Positions 45,150 to 55,881 of a stretch of 64,000 bases of DNA are shown one piece after another. The position numbers and the translations under genes are program-made. Numbering within the stretch: position 1 is the first letter of the stretch; every line of letters begins with the position of its first letter. The notes under the pieces were generated by a model. It was not told the DNA's origin. It saw nothing but the letters and a program-made list of their open reading frames with translations, and did not search any database. The stretch comes from an uncultured delta proteobacterium (GTDB lineage: Bacteria > Myxococcota_A > UBA9160 > SZUA-336). The stretch covers positions 1 to 64,000 of the forward strand of contig CAVPHD010000005.1 of assembly GCA_963704165.1 (NCBI GenBank), given 5' to 3'.

Positions 45150-47440
45150 CGGTCTCCGTTCTTCGCTTCGCCGGACTCGCTCTCCTCGGGCGAATCGGAG
45201 GCCTCGGGAATCGGCTCCGGCTCGTCGTCCGAGATCGGCACGTCCTCGGCGGCGGCGACGAGTGCCACGACCGGAAGCCGCTCGAGAAGTTCATCGATTC
45301 CGACGCCGAACGGATCCTCGGGACGCATGCCGGGTAGCCGCAGCGGCATGAAGACCAGTGCAGCGTCGGCGGATCGCGAGACGACGGCTTCGAGGTCGGG
45401 ATCGGCCACGCTCTCGACGGAGGCGTCGATGCGGCTCTCTTCGAGTCGGCGCTCGGCATTCGCCGTCGTGCGCTCCTCCTTGCCGGACCGGGTCGGCACG
45501 AGCACGCGGATCACGGCTTCGTCCCAGCTCTCGTTTCGCGTCATCAGGTACGCGAGCAGGAGCGTCAGACGCGATGACTCGTCGTCGAAGAACCAGACGT
45601 CGATGCGACGCTTCTCGTTCGGAAGCTCGAGCATCCGATCCCAGCTCGATTCGGTCGCCTCGAGAACGGCCACGCTGCGTCCCAGCCGTAGCGCCTGGCC
45701 GAGATTCCGGCCGTACCAGAGCGCGGAGCTCGTCGCTCCGTTTGCGGCGCTCTGCGTCCAGTTGGCGACGACCAGGTTCGATCGGATCGGCCCCGCTCCC
45801 CAGCTCTGGAGCACGGCTCCGAGTCCCTCGCGCAGATTCCGGACCGTGACCGCGAGTGGATAGGCTTCGACCTCGAGCTCCTCGATCTCCGCGCGGAGAG
45901 CTCGCTCCGCCTCGAGCGCGGGCGCGGGCGAATACTGCCCGGCGCTCTCGGTCTCGATCACCTGCGCCGCGGTCACGAGTCCCGCGCCGCCGGAGATCCA
46001 CGACGAGAAACGCAAGACCCGGGAGCGACGCTCCGCGCTGTCGGTGAAGACGATGATCTGCGGCTGCCACTCCTCCGGTTGTCCCTCGCGCGACGCAAGC
46101 TCGCGAAGATCTTCGCGAACCCGGCGGAATCGGTAGGCCTGTCGGCTGTCACGCCAGCGCGCGGGTACGGCGGTCCTCCGCACGTACTGGTACACCGCGG
46201 CCAGGATCGAGACCGCGATCGCGCCGGAGATCGGATCGATCGCGAGCATCGCGGCACCGCAGAGCACCAGGCCGAGCAGGCTCGCGCGCGCGTGGAAGAA
46301 CCGGAAGCGCGGCCGGAAACTCGGGCTCGCCGCACGGGCCTCGATGTAGGTCGAGTAGTTCAGGAGCCCATACGAAATCAGGAAGAACATCGATACCAGC
46401 GCCGCGATCGAGTTCAGGTTGCCCGCAGCGATCGTCACCAGCGCGATCGCGCCGGTGAGCAGCACCGCGCGGCGGGGGTTCTGCGACGCGCCCGAGCCCT
46501 TGGCGAACACGCTCAGGCTCGAGAACACCCCGTCGCGTGCGAGCGCTTGCAGAATGCGCGGCGCTCCGAGCAGCGAAGCGAGCGCCGAGGAGAGCGTCGC
46601 CGAGAGTACGCCGGCGTCGACGAGCCAGCTCTGCGAAGCGAGGCTGCGCATCGCGCCGGTGTCGCCACCGAGCGATTCGGCCGGGAGCGCGCCGCCGAGC
46701 ACGACGATCGCCGCCAGGTAGACCACGGTCGAGAGACCGACGGCGAGGAACGTGCCCAGAGGCAGGCTCCGTCCGGGGTCACGCAGCTCGCCCGACATGC
46801 TGACGCCCTGCGTGAAGCCGGTCACCGCGGGAAAGAAAATCGCGAAGAGCGGCCAGAAGCCGAGCCCGTCGGCGGGCGCGCGCCAGTTCCGTGCCAGGAC
46901 ATCGGCATCGAAGCGTCCGACTCCGCCGAGGAAGAACGAGACCAGCGCCAGAATCAGGATCGCCATGATCACGAACTGGAATCGCGTGGCGAGATCTGCG
47001 CCCGCGAACGCGAGCGCGAGCAGCATGACGCCCGCGGATGCGGCGGCGATCGTGGCGACGCCAGCGGAGCTCGAGCCGAGCATCGTCGCAACGCCTTCGC
47101 CAAACCCGATGCAGTAGAACGCGGCCGAGAACGCCTGCGCGGCGAAGAGCAGCAGTCCGAGCGCGCCACCCGCGGCGATACCGAGGCTGCGTGAGATCAG
47201 ATAGTAGTCGCCGCCTGCCCGTACCTTGCGGTTGGTCGCGATCGCCGCGAGAGAGAGGCTCGTCGTCACCGAGATCGAGGTGGCGAGGGCCAGGATGCCC
47301 AGCGTTTCGATCAACCCCCCGCGGCCGATCACGAACCCCAGGCGCAAGAAGAGAACCAAACCGAGGATCGTCAGGATGCTCGGCGTGAAGACCCCGCCAA
47401 ACGTCCCGAGCCGCCCGCGCCCGCTTCCGCTCCGACTCAT
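45146..47440 (-). CDS. prokaryotic cation-chloride cotransporter (SLC12/CCC)-like APC transporter
   Basis: LGTFGGVFTPSILTILG..LFLR, GGDYYLISRSLG, FAIFFPAVTG, GAPRILQALARD, SPSFRPRF, plus large cytosolic domain (WQPQI...IDVW). Confidence 0.85.
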   Translation of the reverse strand: MSRSGSGRGRLGTFGGVFTPSILTILGLVLFLRLGFVIGRGGLIETLGILALATSISVTTSLSLAAIATNRKVRAGGDYYLISRSLGIAAGGALGLLLFAAQAFSAAFYCIGFGEGVATMLGSSSAGVATIAAASAGVMLLALAFAGADLATRFQFVIMAILILALVSFFLGGVGRFDADVLARNWRAPADGLGFWPLFAIFFPAVTGFTQGVSMSGELRDPGRSLPLGTFLAVGLSTVVYLAAIVVLGGALPAESLGGDTGAMRSLASQSWLVDAGVLSATLSSALASLLGAPRILQALARDGVFSSLSVFAKGSGASQNPRRAVLLTGAIALVTIAAGNLNSIAALVSMFFLISYGLLNYSTYIEARAASPSFRPRFRFFHARASLLGLVLCGAAMLAIDPISGAIAVSILAAVYQYVRRTAVPARWRDSRQAYRFRRVREDLRELASREGQPEEWQPQIIVFTDSAERRSRVLRFSSWISGGAGLVTAAQVIETESAGQYSPAPALEAERALRAEIEELEVEAYPLAVTVRNLREGLGAVLQSWGAGPIRSNLVVANWTQSAANGATSSALWYGRNLGQALRLGRSVAVLEATESSWDRMLELPNEKRRIDVWFFDDESSRLTLLLAYLMTRNESWDEAVIRVLVPTRSGKEERTTANAERRLEESRIDASVESVADPDLEAVVSRSADAALVFMPLRLPGMRPEDPFGVGIDELLERLPVVALVAAAEDVPISDDEPEPIPEASDSPEESESGEAKNGDR

Positions 47441-47526
47441 CGCACGGCCCCCGACGCACTTGCCGTGCGGACCCTATCACCCTCCGCACGGCCGCGCCGC
47501 ACGATGAACGGCTCGGCGAGGACGAC

Positions 47527-48375
47527 TCAGGTCAGTGCGGGAAGCGCGACCAGACACTCCAGCGCCACCGTGAGCGCGGTCGTGGTTCTCGCGGCGGCGG
47601 CCACCAGCCAGCGATGTGCGCCGGCGACGCGGAAGCCCAGTCGTCGATACAGAGGCTCGCCCATCCGGGTCGCCTGCAACGTGACGATGCGAGCCCCGGC
47701 TTCGAAGGCCGCGTTCGCCGCCGCGCGCGTACAGGCTTCGCCGTAGCCGCGACTCCGCGCGTCTTCGCGTGTTCCCACCCAGTAGATGCCTCCGACCTCG
47801 GCGGTCTGCAGCAACATCGCGGTCGAGACCGGCTCGTCGCCGCGATAGACGACGAAGACGGCGTTCTGTGGTTCGAGCGCGCGGTCCGGACGTCCGTAGA
47901 TCGCATCGACCTCTTCCGCGGAGAAGGCGAGTGACTGGTAGGCATCGCGATTCACCGCGGCCGCATCTCGGATCCCCGGTTCGTTCTTCACGCGCACGAG
48001 TCTCGATCCATCGGTCAATGGCTTCGTGCTGAGCGGCGCGGAGAGCACCATCCATGGTGACTCGGTGATCTGCCGCAGGCCCTGCGCCGACGCTTCGCGT
48101 TCGAGGTCTTCGTCGGCGGGAACGCGAGTCCAGAGCGTGTAGCCGCGCTCCTGGTCGCCGAAGAACCCTCGCACGCGTTCGAGCAGGAGCGAGGCGGGCG
48201 TTCGGGGATCGACGCGGATGGCGCAGTTGGAATAGCCGAGAGGGGAATCGCTCGCCCCCGAGACGAGCAGAATGCCGTCCTCTTCGAGGCAGAGCGCGCC
48301 CTGTTGCCAGCGCGCGAACTCGCGGATCGACTCGAACAGGTTCAAGTCCAAAAGGCGCGGATCGACATCGGCCAT
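47527..48375 (-). CDS. GNAT-family acetyltransferase
   Basis: GIYWVGTREDARSRGYG, LQATRMGEPLYRRLGF; start ATG 48375. Confidence 0.85.
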   Translation of the reverse strand: MADVDPRLLDLNLFESIREFARWQQGALCLEEDGILLVSGASDSPLGYSNCAIRVDPRTPASLLLERVRGFFGDQERGYTLWTRVPADEDLEREASAQGLRQITESPWMVLSAPLSTKPLTDGSRLVRVKNEPGIRDAAAVNRDAYQSLAFSAEEVDAIYGRPDRALEPQNAVFVVYRGDEPVSTAMLLQTAEVGGIYWVGTREDARSRGYGEACTRAAANAAFEAGARIVTLQATRMGEPLYRRLGFRVAGAHRWLVAAAARTTTALTVALECLVALPALT

Positions 48376-48482
48376 ACAGATTGGAGTGTAACACCCGCGG
48401 AAGTGGAGCCGAGACTCGGAATCCGGGAATCGCGGCGGCTCGAGCGGTAGACTCGATGATCTGGATTTCCGGAGGCACGAAA

Positions 48483-50742
48483 GTGGACGCTTCCCGCGTG
48501 AGTTCTGAAGGAAATGCACTTTCGCGCGCGGTCCTCTCCGCGCTCGAGCGGATCTTTCCGAAACTCGGCCAGACCGAGCGCGAGGCGCTCGAGGCCGGCA
48601 CGGTCGGCTGGGACGGTGAGCTCTTCTCGGGCGCCCCCGATTGGCAGAGCCTGCTCGACACGCCCGTGCGCGGCCTGTCCGCCGAAGAGCAGGCGTTTCT
48701 CGACGGTCCGGTCGAGGAGCTCTGCCGGCGTCTCGACGATTGGCAGATCTTCCTCGACGGAGATCTCCCGCCGCGCGTTTGGAGTCTTCTGCGCGAGCAG
48801 CGTTTTTTCGGGATGATCATTCCGAAGGAGTGGGGTGGGCTCGGATTCTCGGCCGCCGCGCACTCGGCCGTCGTGGTGAAGCTCGCGAGCCGCTGCGTCG
48901 CGTGCGCCGTCACGGTGATGGTGCCGAACTCGCTCGGGCCCGCGGAGCTTCTGCTCCACTACGGAACCGACGAGCAGCGCCGGAGCTACCTGCCGAGGCT
49001 CGCGCGCGGCGAGGAGATCCCCTGCTTCGCGCTCACGGGCCCGAAGCGGGAAGCGATGCCGCGGCGATGCAGAGCGTCGGCGTCGTCTGCCGCGGGACAT
49101 TCGAGGGAAGAGAGGTGCTCGGCATCCGCCTGCGCTGGCGCAAGCGCTACATCACGCTGGCGCCGGTCGCGACGCTGATCGGCCTCGCCTTCCGGCTGCG
49201 TCGATCCCGAGCACCTGCTCGGGCGAGACGGACGATCTCGGCATCACCTGCGCGCTCTTGCCCGCCCGGCTTCCCGGGATCGAGATCGGGCGGCGACACG
49301 ATCCGCTCGGGATCCCGTTCATGAACGGACCGATCGTCGGCGACGACGTGTTCGTGCCGCTCGACTTCATCATCGGCGGGCGCGAGCGCGCGGGCCAGGG
49401 CTGGCGGATGCTGATGGAGAGCCTCGCCGCAGGCCGCTCGATCTCGCTTCCGTCGCTCGCGGTCGGCGGCGCGAAGGTCGCGACGCGCGTCGTCTCCGCG
49501 TACGCGATGGTGCGCGAGCAGTTCGACACGCCGATCGGGCGCTTCGAGGGCGTCGAGGAGCCGATCGCGCGGATCGCCGGCCTCACCTACCTGATGGATG
49601 CCACGCGAAGGCTCACCGTCGCTTACGTCGATGCGGGCGAGAAGCCCGCCGTGCTCTCGGCGATCGCGAAGGCCTACCTGACCGATGCGATGCGCGCGGT
49701 GGTGAACGACGCGATGGACGTGCGCGCCGGCGCCGCGATCCAGCGCGGGCCGCGCAACGTGCTCGCCCGCGCGCACGCCGCCGCGCCGATCGGGATCACC
49801 GTCGAGGGCGCGAACATCCTGACGCGCTCGATGATCATCTACGGTCAGGGAGCGATCCGCTGCCACCCCTACGCGCTCGAGGAGATCCGCGCCGATCGAG
49901 GCCGGGGATCTGCGGCGCTTCGTCGCGCGCTTTCCTCGGCCACACGGGATTCCTGCTGCGCACGACCGCGCGCGCCTTCGGCCTCGCGCTCTCGAACGGC
50001 CGACTCGCGGGTCGCAGGCCGCCGGGAAGCACGCGGCGGCTCTTCGGTCGTCTGGCGCGGCTCAGGGCGGCCTTCGCGCTCGTCTCCGACGCCGCGATGA
50101 TCACGCTGGGCGGCGAACTGAAACGCCGCGAGAAGATCACGGGGCGACTCGCCGACGTGTTGGCCTGGTGCTACCTCGCGTCGGCCGCGCTCAAGCGCTT
50201 CCACGACGAGGGCTCGAAGCCGACGGATCTCCCGCTCGTCGAGTGGGGCTGCGAGACGGCGTTCGAGCGCGCCGAGGCCGCGCTCGCGGCGATCGTGCGC
50301 AACCTGCCGAATCGGCCGGCGGCGTGGCTGCTGCACGTGCTCGTGCTGCCGCTGGGACGGCGTCTGCACGGGCCGAGCGATGCGCTCGGCGCAGAGGTCG
50401 CGCGCGTCGTTCTCGACGACGCGGAGGCTCGCGATCGGCTCACCGCCGGGATCCACCTGCCGTCCGCCGACGAGCCCGGGCTCGGAATGCTCGATGCCGC
50501 GCTGCGTCGAGGCGGCCGCGGCGCTCCCGATCGAAGCGAAGCTTCGTCGCGCGGTGCGCGACGGCACGCTGGAGCACGCGCCGGGGGACGCGCTCGAAGC
50601 CGAAGCGCGCAGGATCGGGCTGCTCTCGGACGAGGAGCTCGAGCTCCTGCGCAGCGCCGACCGCGCGCGAGACGAGGTGATCCAGGTAGACGCCTTCGCG
50701 CCCGACGACTTCCCGCGAGCGAGACGCGCGCGCGATTCGTGA
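48483..50742 (+). pseudogene. fadE: FadE-type long acyl-CoA dehydrogenase (with DUF1974 tail) broken by six single-base frameshifts
   Basis: [85 protein letters not shown] across successive frames; breaks near 49042, 49202, 49221, 49894, 49931, 50505. Confidence 0.88.
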
Positions 50743-50749
50743 TTTCCGC

Positions 50750-52811
50750 TCAGCGCGTACTTCCTCGGTCACGACGATTGTCCCCGCCGCTGGACTCGAC
50801 GCCGGGATCGACTCGGGTATCGGACCGCTTTCGCTCCGCTGCGCGCTCGCGTCGATCGACTCGCGGCGCAGCGCGTTCGATCCGAGCCGGAGCCCCCCGC
50901 TCGACGCGCGCGGGTGCCTCGCGCGCGGCACCGTGCCGCTCGGACCGGGCTGCGCGGGCCTGCGTTTGCGGGCGTTCTCGGCGTTCGACCTGCTTCGGGC
51001 TCGGCGCTTGCGAGCCGTTGCTTCGCGCGACTCGCGAAGCACCACGCGCTCCGCCGCGGGACTTCTGTGCGGTCGCGGCACGTGATCGCGCCGGCTCCGA
51101 GGCCGTCGCGGCCTCTCGCGCGCGGTCGCGACCGACGCGCGGCGCGCTCGACACCGAGCCGCGTCGCTCAAGCGTGTCGGCCTGAGCACGCGGTGTGCGC
51201 GGCGAGGCCTCTCGGCGCTCGCGCGTCGGCTCGCGTCTCGAGACCGCGGGCTTCGACACAGGATCGCGTCGCTCCGCCCGCTCGGCACGCGCCATCCGCG
51301 TCGGAGGTGCCGCCGACGCAGCGCTCGCGCGGCGTTGGCTTCCGCCTCGCGGGATTCGGGCGTCCGTGCGCGGACGCGCCTCGCCGCGGACGCGGCCGGG
51401 ATCCTGTCGCGTGACGACGCTTCGTTCGCGGGTCCCACGCGACGGGCGCGTGCCGCGTCGTTCCGCCTTCACGTACGCGTCGCGATTCGCCCGGATTCCG
51501 AGATCTCCGCCGCGCACCGGAGCGAGCTTCGCGGAGTCGAACCGCGCGATGCGCGCGTCCTTCACATGCCCGTGACCGAAGCGCCCGCGATCGACCGCCA
51601 CCATCGCGCCGTGGCGACCGTGGTGTTGATAGTGCCGAATCTGATTCACGTTCACGTGATGGTGATTCTTGATCACGATGTTGTTGACCACTCGTGGTCC
51701 ACCCCAGCCCGCCCAACGCGCCACGCCGCGGCAGCCGCGTGGACCCCACCAGGGGACGACCGGCTCGCCCCAGCCCAGCGCCACCCAGCCGACGTAGGGC
51801 CGGCCGAAGCTCACGCTCACCGAGACGCTCGGGCTCGAGTAGAACGCGACCAACGCCGGCGAGTAGTACGCGCGGGTGACGCGCGGCCCGGGGGACCAGG
51901 CCCAGTAGTTGCTCACGTAGACCCAGCGCCCGTAGTGGAACGGCGCCCAGCCCCAGGGTGCATCATCGACCCAGGTCCACCCGTAGTACGGGATCCGAAA
52001 CCCAGCGGCCTGTGCTGTAGGGCGCCCAGCCGATCGCGACGCGCGGCACCCAGACCGCGCCGTACGAGGGAACGGTTCGCCAGGCGCCGTGATCGTCGAG
52101 ATCGTCGGTGCCGTAGACACCGGAGGGGACGTAGCGCGCACTCACCGGTGCGCTCTGTCGCTCGCTTCGCGAATAGTTCCAGCGATCCCAGTCGTCGAGC
52201 GAGGGTGACCCCGACGATACGAGAACCGGCGAGTCCGTACCGCGCACCACGACCTGCTCGTTCGCGGAGATCGGCGCGGGCAACCCCTTCCCGGTCTGAA
52301 CGACGGCCTGGCCACCGCGTCGGGTGATGAACTTCGTCTCGTCGCCCGCGATCTCGACCCGGTAGTAGCCCGGGCGCTCGATCGTGAATGCCGCGTTGGG
52401 TGTGTTGACATCGAGCGTCTGTCCCGACGCGAGCTCGCGCACGTCGAGTGCAGCCGTGCCACTGAAGAGCTCGAACTGCAGGTAGTCCGGCTCGAGCGCG
52501 CCGAGCGCGAGCTGTGTCGCCTCGCCCGCGCGCAGATAGCTGCGCGCCCCGATCTGAAGCTCGAGGTTCGCGCCCGCGCCCGTCGAAAGCTCGTCGCCCG
52601 AGGCGAGCGGTGTGTTGATTCGCGCCACGGTCCAGTCGTCGTCACCCGGGCGCCAGTACGAGACCTCGCCGTCGGTGAACGACAGTCGCGGAGGGGTGCG
52701 CTCGAAGCCGAGCGCGGAGCTCTCGTCATCCTCCGCGCCAGCGGGTGGAGCAGCGATCACCAACAGAACCAGAAGCGCGCGAGAGAACCAGCGATCGATC
52801 GTGAGAGTCAT
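50750..52811 (-). CDS. exported FecR-like + DUF6600 protein with Arg/Pro-rich tail; one frameshift near 51990
   Basis: Signal peptide, RLSFTDGEVS...INTPL..GD, WAPYSTGRW..DP / YYGWTWVDDAPWGWAPFHYGRW, GWVALGWGE; halves are ORFs 51963..52811 and 50750..52141. Confidence 0.8.
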
Positions 52812-53160
52812 CGTTGTCCATCCTTGTGTCCCTCGGGGCCGTCGATGCCGCCGCCGATCCCGTAGGTGAGCGCGCGGCCGAAGACCTCGAGCGGAACGAC
52901 GATCCCGTAGTACAGGCCGTACCGGATCGTGAGACCTGCGACGTAGAAGGGCGCATAGACCGCCCGGACGGCGATCGGGAGCGGGCGCGGCGCGGCGGCG
53001 GCGGGAGCGGACGCGGCTCGTAATAGACCACCGCGGGCGCGGGCGCGTAGATCACCTCGGTGCGGGCAGGCCGCCAATCGGGCGGTGGCGGCGGACCCGC
53101 CAGCGCTACCGATCCCGAGAGGCAGAGCGCGAAGACCGCGAATGCCCGACCGAGCTTCAC
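52808..53160 (-). CDS. small exported proline-rich hypothetical protein; one frameshift near 52991
   Basis: GAGGGG RBS, GTG 53160, signal peptide KLGRAFAVFALCLSGSVALA, Pro-rich stretch, frame change within a CCG run into RPLPIAVRAVYAPFY...; stop overlaps the next ATG. Confidence 0.55.
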
Positions 53161-53275
53161 AGCCCCCTCGCGAGGTTCGACGGTGCTTGCGACGGGAAGT
53201 TCAAACCGGCCATGATTCGCGCGGAACAGCGTGCGCATCGCCAGGTTGAACCCGTCGGGTCCGGATTGGTTTCGG

Positions 53276-53291
53276 AGTGAGCTTGCTCACA
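53276..53291. promoter_or_regulatory. CRP-type box
   Basis: AGTGA-GCTTGC-TCACA, 9/10 to TGTGA-N6-TCACA, in a divergent intergenic region. Confidence 0.5.
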
Positions 53292-53351
53292 CTCGGTTCG
53301 GTACCCTCGCGGCGCGTGCGGTGCCCGGGCACCGACGAAGGCCGGCGGTCC

Positions 53352-54833
53352 ATGAAAATCGTTCTCGTCCTGCTCGTCGTTCTCTGCTCTGCTTGCACGC
53401 ACCCATTCGCGGTTGCGCCGCGCCCGAACATCGTTCTGATCCTCGCGGACGATCTGGGCTTCTCGGACGTCAGCCCGTACGGCGGCGAGATCCACACGCC
53501 GAACCTGCAACGTCTCGCCGACGAGGGACTTCGCTTCACGCAGTTCTACGACAACGCGAAGTGCACGGTGACGCGCGCGTCGCTGCTCTCCGGCATGTAC
53601 CCGCGCAACCACGGCGACTCGATCCCGCTCGAGTTCCCGACGATCGCCGAGATGCTGCGCGCGCACGGCTACCAGACCGGCATGAGCGGGAAGTGGCACC
53701 TGGGTGCGAGCGCTCCGCAACGGCCGATCGATCGCGGCTTCGACGAGTTCTACGGGCTGATGGGCGGCGCGATGAGCTACTTCGATCCCGCGCGACCCGA
53801 TCCCGAGTTCAAGAGCTCCCGGATCCGGACGTTCGTGCACAACGACCAGCCGATTCGCGAGTTCCCGCCCGACTTCTACGCGACCGACGCATTCGCCGCG
53901 CACACGGTCGAGACCATCCGGCGCTTCGCGAAGGCGGAGACGCCCTTCTTCATCCACCTCGCGTTCACCGCACCGCACTACCCGCTGCACGCACGTCCGG
54001 AGGACATCGCGCGATATCGCGGCCGCTACACGCTCGGCTGGGACGAGCTGCGGCGGCAGCGACACGCTCGCCAGCTCGCGCTGGGTCTGCTCGACCCGAG
54101 CTGGACGCTCTCACCGACCGACGCGAGAAGCTACGCGTGGGAGAGTGCGAACCAGGAATGGGAAGACCTGCGCATGGCGACCTACGCCGCGATGGTGGAG
54201 AGCATGGATCGCGGCATCGGCCGCGTGCTCGAAGCGCTCGACGCGCTCGGCATCGCCGACGACACGCTGGTGATCTTCCTCTCCGACAACGGCGGCACAC
54301 GGGAGGAGCCGGGCGGCCGCGACGACACGCAGCTGCCGGGCCTCGCGACCACCTACACCGCCGTCGGTCCTGCCTGGGGCTCGGCACAGAACACGCCTTT
54401 CCGGCGCTACAAGAGCTGGGTGGACGAGGGCGGCATCAGCACGCCGTTCATCGCTCGCTGGCCCGGGCACATCGTGGCGGACACGCAGACCCAGCAGATC
54501 GGACACGTGATCGATGTGCTTCCGACGCTGCTCGAGCTCACCGGCGCGAAGACCACGCCCCTCGAGGGACGAAGCCTCGCGCAGGTTCTGCGCGGCGAAA
54601 CGCTCGACCTGCACACCGATCTGTTCTGGCAATGGTCCCGGAATCGCGCGATCCGCCGCGGCAAGTGGAAGCTCGTCTGGGACGGCGATTCCGATCCGTT
54701 GAAGTGGCGGCTCTACGACATGGAGCTCGACCGCACCGAGCTCGACGATCTCGCCGAGCGCCATCCCGAGATCGTGAAGGAGCTAGCGGAGTCCCATTCG
54801 CGCTGGGCGAAGGCGACCGGCCGCTCGAAGTGA
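53352..54833 (+). CDS. arylsulfatase (putative lipoprotein)
   Basis: Signal/lipobox CSAC, PNIVLILADDLG, CTVTRASLLSG, GKWHLG, FTAPHYP, LSDNGG, EGGISTP. Confidence 0.92.
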   Translation: MKIVLVLLVVLCSACTHPFAVAPRPNIVLILADDLGFSDVSPYGGEIHTPNLQRLADEGLRFTQFYDNAKCTVTRASLLSGMYPRNHGDSIPLEFPTIAEMLRAHGYQTGMSGKWHLGASAPQRPIDRGFDEFYGLMGGAMSYFDPARPDPEFKSSRIRTFVHNDQPIREFPPDFYATDAFAAHTVETIRRFAKAETPFFIHLAFTAPHYPLHARPEDIARYRGRYTLGWDELRRQRHARQLALGLLDPSWTLSPTDARSYAWESANQEWEDLRMATYAAMVESMDRGIGRVLEALDALGIADDTLVIFLSDNGGTREEPGGRDDTQLPGLATTYTAVGPAWGSAQNTPFRRYKSWVDEGGISTPFIARWPGHIVADTQTQQIGHVIDVLPTLLELTGAKTTPLEGRSLAQVLRGETLDLHTDLFWQWSRNRAIRRGKWKLVWDGDSDPLKWRLYDMELDRTELDDLAERHPEIVKELAESHSRWAKATGRSK

Positions 54834-54840
54834 CGATCGG

Positions 54841-55824
54841 CTAGCTGCCGAACGTGTCGGCGATCGCGGCCAGGTTCTCCTTCGCACGCGCGGGCGAGAC
54901 GCCGATGCTCGGCGGGTAGAAGAGAACCTGTTCGGTCAGTCCGTCCCACTGGCGCAGGCGGTCCTTCGCCTCGTCGGGACGACACGCGATCGCGATCTGG
55001 TCGACGAGCTCGTCGGGCACGGCGGCCGCGATCGACGCGAAGTCGCCGCGCTTGAAGGCGGCGGTGATCGTCTCGCCCACGCTGCGCCAGCCGTGGACGT
55101 CGAGCACCGTGTGATACAGGCTCGTCGTGTAGTAGAAGGCGATCTGCGCGCGTACCTCGCGGCGGGCGCGCTCGACGTCGTCGCTGAGCGAGCACATCAC
55201 GTAGGGCGCGAGCGCGCACTTCGAGCCCTCGAGCTCGGGGAGAACCTTCTCCGAGATGTACTTGCGCGTGAAGATCGGATGGCCGACCAGGCCGTCCGCG
55301 ACGGCGGCTGCGGCGCGGATCATGCCGCGATTCACGGCGGCGATGTAGATCGGGATCTCGCTGCGCGGCGCACCCGGGCGCATGTACTGCGGGATGTCGA
55401 CCTTGTAGTAGCTGCCATCGAAGCGCAGCCCGCCGCCCTTCTGCGCCGCGATCGCGGCGCGCACGAGCTTCACCGCTTCTCGCATTCGCGGCGCGGGCGG
55501 ATCCACGAAGGGCATCGAGTACCAGCGCTCGTTCATCGAGCGCGTGCCGCTCCCGAGTCCGAGGATCACCCGGCCACCGGAGAGCTCGTCCACGTCCATG
55601 GCGGCGGCCGACGCGAGCAGCGGTGTACGCATGAATGCGTAGGCGATCGCCGTGCCGAGCTTGACGCGCGTGGTCGCCTGCGCGAGCGCGGCGAGCCGGA
55701 CGAAGCCGTGCTGGTTGAAGAACTCCGTCACCCAGACCGAGTCGAAGCCGCGCGCTTCGGCGTGCCGGGCGGCTTCGAGCTGACCGGCGATCGTCGGCGC
55801 CATCAGGATGAGTCCGTGCTTCAT
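54841..55824 (-). CDS. LLM-class (luciferase-like) flavin/F420-dependent oxidoreductase
   Basis: AEARGFDSVWVTE, TTRVKLGTAI, SGGRVILGLG, IPIYIAA, VADG. Confidence 0.9.
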   Translation of the reverse strand: MKHGLILMAPTIAGQLEAARHAEARGFDSVWVTEFFNQHGFVRLAALAQATTRVKLGTAIAYAFMRTPLLASAAAMDVDELSGGRVILGLGSGTRSMNERWYSMPFVDPPAPRMREAVKLVRAAIAAQKGGGLRFDGSYYKVDIPQYMRPGAPRSEIPIYIAAVNRGMIRAAAAVADGLVGHPIFTRKYISEKVLPELEGSKCALAPYVMCSLSDDVERARREVRAQIAFYYTTSLYHTVLDVHGWRSVGETITAAFKRGDFASIAAAVPDELVDQIAIACRPDEAKDRLRQWDGLTEQVLFYPPSIGVSPARAKENLAAIADTFGS

Positions 55825-55881
55825 GATCGCCATTAGAACAGATCGTGCGGCGAGCGCGCACGGCGGCGCTAGATTCCGGCG

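Noticed and set aside
50750..51450. Arg/Ala/Pro-rich quasi-repeats (APARVER, APARIER)
   Set aside because: Low-complexity protein tail typical of DUF6600 proteins; not a DNA repeat array or CRISPR.
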